Below, piece by piece: positions 19,008 through 27,503 of a DNA stretch of 64,000 nucleotides (position 1 is the first letter of the stretch; each line of letters starts with the position of its first letter). The stretch is from positions 1 through 64,000 of the IMG/VR virus record IMGVR_UViG_3300009499_000008. One strand, written 5' to 3'. Below the pieces are notes generated by a model that was not told where the DNA came from, did not search any database, and worked only from the letters and a program-made list of their open reading frames with translations. The position numbers and the translations under genes are program-made. Source of the DNA: a virus.

Positions 19008-20739
19008 TTACAATGAAAGGCATCCAAGTTGGTGATGTATTGATACAACGCTCATTCCAGACATTGTGGGCGGTGGTTGAGATGGAGCCTGATCTTCAAA
19101 TTCGCTTGGCACTATGAGGAGGAAACATGCCAATCCCAGTAGATTTCGTCGGCACAGTGTCAAAGGGTTCTATTAACAATGAAGACCTCATCAAGACTTT
19201 CATGGCTTTCCTCGACTATTATTGGCCTGTACGAGCAGAGGATTTCCGTTGGGAATTCTCTGAAGTTTTCGACTCTTTGAAGAAGCCCACTCATTGGACT
19301 GAGGACGGCTGGAAGCCACCAGAATATATCAATGAGCTTGCAGCACACCTCATCTATGGAGAGATTTGGGATGCCTTAAATGAGTTGGCCCCGAACGGGT
19401 ATCAGTTCTGTGAAAACCCAAAAGACTTTACCGACTTTGGCTATTGGGAGGTAAAAGGAGGCTGAAATGGGATACTACACCGATTATGAAATGGTTCCAG
19501 CTAGACATCGTTGTGAGTGTTCTTATGCAACATATCTAGCGATTGGAGAATTCACTGAAGCCACGAAAGTCGATGGTTGGTCGTATTTAAGTGATGTTTG
19601 GCGTGGTGCAGGTGCTGGACTTACATGGTATAACCACCGTGAGGACATGGTTAAGCTCTCTGCCGCTTTTCCCGATGTACTATTTACCTTATGGGGTCGT
19701 GGTGATGAGTCAGATGACTTGTGGAAACAATATTTCCTCGGTGGTAAATGTCAGGTGGCAGAGGCGATCATCACTTATCCCGACTTTGATGAAGGAGAAT
19801 TAAAAGATGTCAACCTTACCTGAATTAGTGATGGAAGTTACTCAAAGGTTACATGAGGAAGTTGATCGAACTCTCGATTCACACGCCTTCGACGTAGACG
19901 GCACTTTCAACGATTTCATCGAGTATGTGATTCCCCGAAGAAGTAGAACATTGATGAATCTCGCTGCGAAACATCTATTTCTCGCAACTCGTAATGTAGA
20001 TGGGAAAGTCACACCCACACCTGCAACATTGGTTTATGACAACTTATATGACTTTCTCTTGGGTGTTTTGCAGAAAGAATTTGACTCTTTAGGAAGATTG
20101 TGTCCATCTTGCTATGGCGAGGGAGTTCTTCACGCTGACGGAGTTCCGCCTATTGGCTGTCGTAAGTGCTGGGGTAGTGGAGAAATTGAGTAGCACGTGC
20201 AAAGATATGGCTCTCTTTTGCGATCAACATTTAGGAGGAAAAATGATCCTAAAATGCCCTAACTGTGACACTGAACTCCGCTTGATGGTCATGCTCACGT
20301 TCGTAGATGTTCAAGCCAAGGGCGTGATCGATGAAGGTGGATTGGCCCACTTCGCCTTCGGGAACACAGGTGTTAGGGCGAGAGACAAAGTAGACTCCAT
20401 CTATTGTCCGAATCCTGATTGTGACTGGACTTTCGGCGACCCGTGGGAATTTTTAAACTTGGAAGTAAAGAATAATGAGTAAGCTTGAAGCAGCTTTGCG
20501 AGACCTTTATTATTTTCGGCGTGATCCAAGAATTCTGATGATTGAATCTTTCCAGAAAGAGCCTCATACCTATGTAAAAGTAGCCATCAACGACGGCAAG
20601 CATGACATAATAATACAGGAGATAGCAACATATCCCTTTGCCTTTCGTGGTCACGAAAAGGAAGCAATGGTAGCTGCTATGCAGAATGTTCTCAAAAAAG
20701 CAGCCGATATTATTATAGAGCAAACACTCGCGCCAGTGA

Positions 20740-21174
20740 TTGCAGAGTTTTCTAGTGCCCCTGTGTGACAGGTGCGGTCGAGAATTCGTCGATTTCTGCA
20801 AGCCTTGTGCAGCGCAAGTAGTAGTGCGCAATCTCAAGCACAAAGGCTCATTACGTGGTGTAGTCAAGAGTCCAAAGCAAAGTAGACAGGCGCGGGCTAA
20901 AGCTTTGATCGAGTTAGATGATCCTGAGTTGGCTATCAAAGTAGCTCTCACAGATAATGATATGCACTTACGCAGGGCGGCTTTGATGCTTGTCAGAGAT
21001 AAAGGAATCTTGATGGAGGTCGCTTACACCGATGAAGACTGGCGAGTTAGAGAGACTGCGATTCGTTGTCTAAGAGATAAAGACTTACTCAAGGAAGTTA
21101 TGCGTGATTTCGCAAAGGAGAGCACCAATTATAGGTTCGCGCAGGAGTGTTTAGCGAATTTGACAAATCGTTGA
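20740..21174 (+). CDS. Zinc-finger plus short HEAT-like repeat protein (start uncertain)
   Basis: CDRC..CKPC followed by repeats of VAxTDxDxxxRxxAxxxxRDKxxLxEV. Confidence 0.55.
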   Translation: MQSFLVPLCDRCGREFVDFCKPCAAQVVVRNLKHKGSLRGVVKSPKQSRQARAKALIELDDPELAIKVALTDNDMHLRRAALMLVRDKGILMEVAYTDEDWRVRETAIRCLRDKDLLKEVMRDFAKESTNYRFAQECLANLTNR

Positions 21175-21188
21175 TATTGTGCTAGTAT
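21160..21188 (+). promoter_or_regulatory. Sigma70-type promoter
   Basis: TTGACA-aatcgttgatattgtgc-TAGTAT; near copy of the 14777 promoter. Confidence 0.8.
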
Positions 21189-21194
21189 ATGGTC

Positions 21195-21322
21195 AGCTTC
21201 CAAGGCTGTTGTGTCTCTTGGGCCAGGGTGCCTCGGCTGGCAACCCAGGTGTGCTAACCTGGGCGAGGCAGGACATTTAGGGTTCGGAGCGGTTCTTGGC
21301 TTCCTCAAGGGCCGCTCTGAGC
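21195..21322 (+). ncRNA. Structured leader or small RNA
   Basis: Nested stems TGCCTCG/CGAGGCA and CCCAGGT/ACCTGGG, then a 17-bp hairpin GTTCGGAGCGGTTCTTG/CAAGGGCCGCTCTGAGC just before the RBS. Confidence 0.45.
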
Positions 21323-21338
21323 AAAGGAGAAATTAATT

Positions 21339-22110
21339 ATGGGCATTCGATACATTCTTACAGTAACGTGTCCTCAATGCGGATTTGAGGACGATGACGT
21401 TCCATTTGCTCCAACCTGCGACTTCGTGGATTGGAAATGTCCCGAATGTGGTTTCGTCGTTGACTTATATGGGTTGACTGGAATCACCTATGAGGATGCC
21501 TCCAGTGCTAAGGAAATCGCCGAAATCTGTTCTCGATTTGGTTCGGCAGACGAAATTCTAAAGGGGGGATGTCCCTTCGACTTATCTGTATACTGTGGAA
21601 AGTGCCCAGCCGGAAAGGCTAACGATGACAAAACTGAGTAAGCGAATGCCAGATACGAATTATGTAGCAGGAATGGGAGAGTGGCTCAAAAAGTTGGCTG
21701 AATACGTCGAATTCATTGATCGACGTGAACAAGGATTACGTGAAGAAGCAGCTTGGAAAAAGAAAACTGAAAAAGCTGGGATTGAATACGAACCACAAAC
21801 CTACGACGAAGCCATAGCATTATGTAAAGGTTGGCCGCGTGCGGCGTTTGGTTATGACATTTCTTGGGAGAAAGATAAGTGGCCTGAGTTATGGAAGGAA
21901 ATGATCGAAGCTAGATGCAAAGGAATTTTGTATTTAGATGAAGATAGCTGGGTATTCAGTTTTCCGTCTTATTTACATAAAGATGTAATGATGTCCGCTT
22001 TTCCTTCTTTCAAATTTAGAGGTTCCACACCTGGTCGTGCTGTTTGTCGGACTTATATATGTTGCCAAGGCCATGCTGACTGGGCTGAGAGGTTGTCTAA
22101 AGATGACTGA
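21339..22110 (+). other. Two hypothetical genes: zinc-ribbon protein 21339-21641 and 21625-22110
   Basis: CPQCG/CPECG motifs; overlapping junctions. Confidence 0.7.
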
Positions 22111-23044
22111 AGTTCCGAGTTACACCAAAGTATTGACTCTAGGGGCACAGGGCACAGAGCGCGCCTTGATAGGGCCAGTAGTCGTCCAGGAAAAGGTGGA
22201 TGGTTCTCAATTTTCCTTCGGTGTTGATGCTAATGGCCATATCGCCTGCCGTAGCCATCATAAACAACTTTTGTTGGATGCACCTACTAAAATGTTTGCA
22301 CCCGCTGTGGAGCACATTTTAGAAATCAAAGAATGCTTGCAAGAGCTTTGTGTTGGTTGGACCAACTGTTGGTTCTATTGTGAGTATCTACAGAAGCCTA
22401 AGCATAATACTCTCGCTTATGCAAGAGTGCCGTATAATCACCTGGCACTCTTTGATGCGAATATCGATGGAAATTGGATTGCAAACTTGAAATGGTATGC
22501 AAATCAGTTAGAAATTGACATAGTGCCTGAACTCCATCGTGGAGAAATTACCGTCGATGAACTCAAAGCATTATTGACAACGCCAAGTTTTTTAGGTGGC
22601 CAGACGGTAGAGGGTTTAGTAATCAAGAACTATAACGAATTAATCGCCATCGGTGGACATACCTACCCCGTGTTTTGCAAGCTCGTCAATGAAGAATTCA
22701 AGGAGCGTCATCAGAAGGATTGGAAGAAGCGTAGCTCCAAAGGGAAGTTGGAAGATTACTTAGAATCGTTCCGCGTAGAGGCTCGATGGATTAAGGCCAT
22801 CCAGCGAATGCGCGAGGAAGGGACTTTAGAATACCAACCTAGAGACATCGGCACTCTAGTCAAGTTGGTGCAAGCAGACATAAGAGAAGAGGAGACAGAA
22901 AATATTAAAGAAGAGCTTTACAAGTTATATATAGGAGCTATCACTCGCACAGCCGTTCGTGGACTGGCTGAATGGTATAAAGCACAACTCTTTTCGAGGC
23001 AACTGCTGAATGGAGAGGTCGTAGATGTTAGCACCACGGGATGA
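22103..23044 (+). CDS. ATP-dependent RNA ligase (Rnl2-like nucleotidyltransferase)
   Basis: Motif I QEKVDGSQFSF, FYCE, LFDA, motif IV EGLVIK, motif V KLVNEEFKE; no OB domain typical of DNA ligases. Confidence 0.8.
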   Translation: MTEVPSYTKVLTLGAQGTERALIGPVVVQEKVDGSQFSFGVDANGHIACRSHHKQLLLDAPTKMFAPAVEHILEIKECLQELCVGWTNCWFYCEYLQKPKHNTLAYARVPYNHLALFDANIDGNWIANLKWYANQLEIDIVPELHRGEITVDELKALLTTPSFLGGQTVEGLVIKNYNELIAIGGHTYPVFCKLVNEEFKERHQKDWKKRSSKGKLEDYLESFRVEARWIKAIQRMREEGTLEYQPRDIGTLVKLVQADIREEETENIKEELYKLYIGAITRTAVRGLAEWYKAQLFSRQLLNGEVVDVSTTG

Positions 23045-23289
23045 TGCGCCCGTAAAAACCATGACTGAGTATCATCAACGGTATAGTAAAGGGCGGCTTA
23101 TCTCTTTGGGATGGGAGGCATATTGCAGGGATTGTGGTCGAGGAATAAAGCTGCATACGATAACTCGACAGGCAGTAAGGCAACAATTACTCAGTATAGG
23201 ATGGCGTCCCGAAAAGATCAAGGGCTATGATCTTGAACAATGGATTTGTCCTAGCTGCCTTCCAACATTTGGATATCAGGAGGCCATCG

Positions 23290-23700
23290 ATGCCAGCACC
23301 ACTGACTGACGAATGGATTGAGGAGCAATTGAAGCTGTGTGAGGCAGCATCGCAGGGGCCTTGGCGCGATGGCTTTGATGACGGTAGTGGCCGAATCGAC
23401 GATCACAGTGGAGCATATATCACCTTTGGAAAACTCAATCAGTTTGGGTTGCCTCAATATATCATTGATGGTGGGAACAGCGAATACGACTTTCCAAAAG
23501 GCGTCCTAAAACAGGAGAACGTAGACTTTATCATAGCTGCTCGTGCGGGCTACCCTAAAGTGTTAGAAAGACTTAGGATTTTGCAGAAAGTAATAGATAA
23601 TATAGCCGCCTATACAGAGGCTCGGCAGTTTCAATCTTATTGTGAAATGATTTTTTCCGCATTAAGTAAATTCCGTACTGATAATTCCATATTAATATAA
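23290..23700 (+). CDS. Ead/Ea22-like protein
   Basis: LCEAASQGPW...NVDFIIAAR..YP motif. Confidence 0.65.
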   Translation: MPAPLTDEWIEEQLKLCEAASQGPWRDGFDDGSGRIDDHSGAYITFGKLNQFGLPQYIIDGGNSEYDFPKGVLKQENVDFIIAARAGYPKVLERLRILQKVIDNIAAYTEARQFQSYCEMIFSALSKFRTDNSILI

Positions 23701-23716
23701 ATAGAGGAGACAAAGT

Positions 23717-23950
23717 ATGAAAAGAATACTACAACGAATGATCGGCGTAGACATCGAGAGTTGGGAGAAAACTGGGCAACTAGTTGAAGAGGGAAGAGTC
23801 AGGTCGCGGGCAGGATTCATTCGAGACGCGCATATGAAATATCTAGGGGAATTTCTTGTATATGATTCATTGAGCGTCGAGGAAAAACGTGCTATTCTAG
23901 TCAAGGAATTAGAGGAACTCTTAGAGCGGTTGAAAATGCTGGCTTTATAA
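23717..23950 (+). CDS. Ribbon-helix-helix-like regulator
   Basis: LVEEGRVRSRAGFIRDA resembles CopG/MetJ-type helices. Confidence 0.55.
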   Translation: MKRILQRMIGVDIESWEKTGQLVEEGRVRSRAGFIRDAHMKYLGEFLVYDSLSVEEKRAILVKELEELLERLKMLAL

Positions 23951-23965
23951 AGGGGTGAACTGAAG

Positions 23966-24397
23966 ATGTCTGAGAAAACTGACATTGAGTGGCAGAGTCT
24001 GAACGTCCGCATCGCACGGAAGATTATGGGGTGGTTCAAATGGGATGAACTGCCAGCGGAAGCCCGCAAAGCATACTGGGCGATAATGGAAGAGGAGCCA
24101 GGCGACTGGACTCTGGGTTACTGCCATGAGAAATGGTGGTTCCTTGATGACTCTGATTGTCCCGACTGGGAGTATTCAATCGAAGAGTGGCAGCCCCACA
24201 ACGATTTGACCCAGGCGATAAAGGCACGTGATCGTATTGCCTCATGGGGATTTGATTGGTGCATCTCTCGATGGGCAGGGGCTCCGCAGATACAGGTATT
24301 ATTTATGCGTGGCGCAGAACATTACGACGGCTATGCTGATACAGATGCTAAAGCTGTCTGTTTAGCAATCGAGAATTTCAGGGAGGCGAACTGTTAA
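23966..24397 (+). CDS. Phage ABA-sandwich-like hypothetical protein
   Basis: LNVRIARKIMGW...WQPHNDLTQA...AVCLA pattern. Confidence 0.55.
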   Translation: MSEKTDIEWQSLNVRIARKIMGWFKWDELPAEARKAYWAIMEEEPGDWTLGYCHEKWWFLDDSDCPDWEYSIEEWQPHNDLTQAIKARDRIASWGFDWCISRWAGAPQIQVLFMRGAEHYDGYADTDAKAVCLAIENFREANC

Positions 24398-25071
24398 TAG
24401 CAACCAGAATCGCTGATTCCTTCTTTGCCATTTGCGAAGCACGTGCTTTGAGACCGTGTTTTGTTGCTTCTCACTTAGTGACGGAGCACTCGTTCGTTTT
24501 AGACCCTGACTTGATCAAACCTTGGAAGCGTCTATTATCTCCAAGCTGTCGGGAATTGCAACTTTCAAGAAACGCACGCGAGACGGTTCGTGATCTATCT
24601 ATCTTATATGAATGCTCTAAGCAAGTCATCTTGACTACCTTGATTCAACAACATCTGCCTGTTTTAGAATTTTCCTTAGTGGCCTACCCAGTCTTAGAAA
24701 AGCTTTCACACAGCCCATTTAGATCGGATGTAGGCATTTACATAGACATTTACGAAGTTCTTACCAATCTAGCAAGACAAGAAAAGGTCTCTCGTTCTAA
24801 GTTAGCTGGAGCCATATTCAGTTCTTTAGATAGAGATACCGTCTTTGGAATTGCTGTGTCACCGAGGTTTCGGACTTATACAAAGCAGCTACACGATACG
24901 GCTGTGCCACTAAAGATTCCTGAGTCGTTCTATATCATTCTTAGAGAGACGAAGGATCGATATAAAACTGCAATGTGTTCCTTGGCCTCTTTCATCCTTT
25001 ACGAGGAATTCGAGAACACAGAGTCGATTGAGTTGAAAACAGATTGGCGTAGCCTTTTGTGCAACTTATAG
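24397..25071 (+). CDS. Protein with three RHH-like units; probable ATA start at 24397 (track start 24448)
   Basis: Three strand-helix-helix units; the frame is open back to a GGGAGG RBS at 24381-24386. Confidence 0.45.
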   Translation: MATRIADSFFAICEARALRPCFVASHLVTEHSFVLDPDLIKPWKRLLSPSCRELQLSRNARETVRDLSILYECSKQVILTTLIQQHLPVLEFSLVAYPVLEKLSHSPFRSDVGIYIDIYEVLTNLARQEKVSRSKLAGAIFSSLDRDTVFGIAVSPRFRTYTKQLHDTAVPLKIPESFYIILRETKDRYKTAMCSLASFILYEEFENTESIELKTDWRSLLCNL

Positions 25072-25311
25072 TCTTAATTATACTCTTGACCGGACTATGG
25101 ATTTCCTTTGTCCTGCCATGTATTTTATCAAAGATAGAGAGACCTGCGATGAACCTAGAGGCGCTAAAGCTAGAACTAGAGCCAAAGATAGAACTAAAGA
25201 TCGACGGACCAGATTTCTATGAATATGTAGATGGGGATCAGATTGTCAGAGCGGAGAAAGGATCGGTGATGTATATGATAATCCATCAAAGTTTGAATCG
25301 AAGGAGATAAT

Positions 25312-25737
25312 ATGACTATTAGAGACGATGTAATCCAGCGTTTGTTGAAAATCCCTGATGAAATCGAAGCTGCCGAGCAGCATTGTATTGATGGGCAAGT
25401 ACACTTAGCTGAGATAAAACGTGTTAACGTAGAATCAGCACGGCGGGCTTTACAGCGAGCAGAATTTGAGGCCAGTGCTTTAGCTTATGGCTTGGATGAT
25501 CCTGAATCGGCGAAAGTGAGGGGACGCAACGCAGAGATTCGAAAGATTGAACTTGGTCGATTTTTGTGTCAAAACAGAGGAGTAATCGCTGCACAACGGA
25601 TAGTAAATTTAGCAGCAAAAGACATTACTATAGCAGAGGCTGACTTAGCAAGGTTAGAAGCAAGATTACATGGGAGGCAGAATCAATTGAGAGCTGATAT
25701 AGCTCTCGCACAACTCTTAGGAGGAAGAGATGACTGA
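25312..25737 (+). CDS. Coiled-coil hypothetical protein
   Basis: AGGAGA RBS; heptad-rich; adjacent to the SSB-like gene. Confidence 0.65.
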   Translation: MTIRDDVIQRLLKIPDEIEAAEQHCIDGQVHLAEIKRVNVESARRALQRAEFEASALAYGLDDPESAKVRGRNAEIRKIELGRFLCQNRGVIAAQRIVNLAAKDITIAEADLARLEARLHGRQNQLRADIALAQLLGGRDD

Positions 25738-26482
25738 ATTGGTTGTACAGGGAGAGCAGTTGCCAGATATTCCAGAGATCCCTGAAGATCTCGTCGGAGC
25801 TGGTATGGAGGACTTTGAGAGGGCAGATTTGATAATCCCTCGTTATATGAGGAGGGAGTCTCTTTCAAAGATCACTGAGGGTGAGTTGGGTTGGTTCATC
25901 AACAACGTCACCAGAAGCGCAAAGGAGGAAATCAAGGCAGTATTGTTGCGATTCACTCATGGTAGAGCTATGTTTGATTCGAAAGGCAATCTTATGTGCT
26001 CCAGCGACAACGCCCATACTCCAAGGGAGCGGTTTGCTGGCGAGTATGCTAAAACTTGTGCCGAGTGTGAACACGCCAACTGGGGCAAGGATCGAACCAG
26101 GCCAAAGTGCCCGATCATGTATAACTTCCTCTGTTGGGACTTGGAGGAGGATACTCCCTTCATGTTGTCTATGCGCGGTATGAGCGTTAGACACGCGAAG
26201 AGAGTTCTGAGCGAATTCAAGCTTCGCTTCAAGTCTGTCCTCTTTGCCAGACCTGTGACGATTTCCTCGATTGGCCCGATCACAGGGGACATTGGCAGTT
26301 GGCACGAAACGGTGATTGCCGTCGATGAAGAAGCTGCTAAGACGTATGATTGGCGGCCTTTTTACCAGAAATTCCTCGAACTCCAAGAATTCCAAGTCAC
26401 TGCAGAGGCCGAAGAGATCACTGAGACTGATGAAGAGGCAGAGTCAATCGAAGAGGAGGAAGGTGAGGATATTCCAGTGTAG
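25730..26482 (+). CDS. Single-stranded DNA-binding/annealing protein
   Basis: Cys cluster (CSSDN, CAECEH, KCP), very acidic tail ending EEEEGEDIPV, upstream of replication genes. Confidence 0.65.
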   Translation: MTELVVQGEQLPDIPEIPEDLVGAGMEDFERADLIIPRYMRRESLSKITEGELGWFINNVTRSAKEEIKAVLLRFTHGRAMFDSKGNLMCSSDNAHTPRERFAGEYAKTCAECEHANWGKDRTRPKCPIMYNFLCWDLEEDTPFMLSMRGMSVRHAKRVLSEFKLRFKSVLFARPVTISSIGPITGDIGSWHETVIAVDEEAAKTYDWRPFYQKFLELQEFQVTAEAEEITETDEEAESIEEEEGEDIPV

Positions 26483-26483
26483 T

Positions 26484-26512
26484 TTGACGGCTAGTTCTTT
26501 TTGTGCTACCAT
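26484..26512 (+). promoter_or_regulatory. Sigma70-type promoter
   Basis: TTGACG-gctagttctttttgtgc-TACCAT. Confidence 0.75.
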
Positions 26513-26517
26513 AGTAT

Positions 26518-26624
26518 GCAACCCTCGTTGACGAGGTGGGATGGCCTCCACCCCTCACGGTGAATGCGGCGTAACCACCGTGTTGAAGTTCGCTGCAACA
26601 ATATACTAAGCAACGAGGGTTTGC
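26518..26624 (+). ncRNA. About 107-nt multi-arm structured RNA
   Basis: Closing stem AACCCTCGTTG/CAACGAGGGTT beginning at the expected transcription start; internal arms GAGG/CCTC, CACGGTG/CACCGTG and a TTCG-capped arm. Confidence 0.6.
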
Positions 26625-26653
26625 CTTCTAAAATATGGAGATAGGGAGATTCT

Positions 26654-27121
26654 ATGGATCATGCTGAGGCATTGGAGACCTCCGAAGCAAAGTTAATGAT
26701 GCTCCACGAGATTATGTGGGAGACCGACGCTTACATAATGGGTGGGAAGCTGGAAGATATTCCGAGACCTCACATCCGTAAGTGGCCCACCAGCAAACAA
26801 CGTCGGATCGTAGATGTCAGGTTCGCGGACTATAAATGGAGAGGCTACCAGCACATCTACGTGGACATCGTGGAGGAGTTCAACTACCTCTGGGACATGC
26901 AGACCAACTGGCCGCATAATGGGAAAGGATGTTGGAGGGAGGCATTCGATGACTTTGATGGTCAAGGACGCACATTCCATAAGCGCTTCAACCAGCGGTT
27001 GGAGGCGGAAGCTTATGCTAGGGAAGTCTGCATTGAGAACTTTTCGTCTGAGACCCACGAAATCCTCAGAAATTGTTCGCCCGTAGAAACTGACTTCTAT
27101 TACAGACGTGAAGGTGACTGA
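26654..27121 (+). CDS. Hypothetical protein
   Basis: GGGAGA RBS; 155 aa. Confidence 0.7.
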   Translation: MDHAEALETSEAKLMMLHEIMWETDAYIMGGKLEDIPRPHIRKWPTSKQRRIVDVRFADYKWRGYQHIYVDIVEEFNYLWDMQTNWPHNGKGCWREAFDDFDGQGRTFHKRFNQRLEAEAYAREVCIENFSSETHEILRNCSPVETDFYYRREGD

Positions 27122-27188
27122 TGATTTTGGTGCAGGCGGAGTCGTCTGACCGCTGCCCATCGACATCGGCCATAAGAGAGGAGCATAG

Positions 27189-27491
27189 ATGTTGGCACAA
27201 AAGGCAACATCAATACGACCCAACCAGTTGACTCTGGCAATGCAGGAAGCTATTCTCATGATAGGATTCGGCGTCTCCGCTGGCCCAGATGGTTACTACT
27301 CCCTCGACGATCCAGGCGAACGATTAAATCTGCGCAGTGCAGAGGCATTAGCCAGACGTGGTTTGATCTACTACTTCATCAGCGGCGGGGCTCCTATGCG
27401 CGGGAACCTGAGACTGACGCCAATTGGTGAAGCGTTGTTCGAAGAAATCCGCGAACTGCACTACACAGCAAGAAAACCGTCACTCTTCTAA
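27189..27491 (+). CDS. Winged-helix-like protein
   Basis: RSAEALARRGLI...LTPIGEAL wing pattern. Confidence 0.55.
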   Translation: MLAQKATSIRPNQLTLAMQEAILMIGFGVSAGPDGYYSLDDPGERLNLRSAEALARRGLIYYFISGGAPMRGNLRLTPIGEALFEEIRELHYTARKPSLF

Positions 27492-27503
27492 ATGAGATAA
27501 AAT

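Larger units (their letters stand above)
14967..21174 (+). other. Array of about 25 small hypothetical genes (e.g. 14967-15209, 15298-15561, 15603-15917, 15933-16220, 16201-16665, 17044-17358, 17355-17762, 17938-18357, 19127-19465, 19467-19823, 19807-20193, 20475-20768)
   Basis: Contiguous co-oriented ORFs with strong RBSs and overlaps; no catalytic motifs recognised. Confidence 0.75.
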
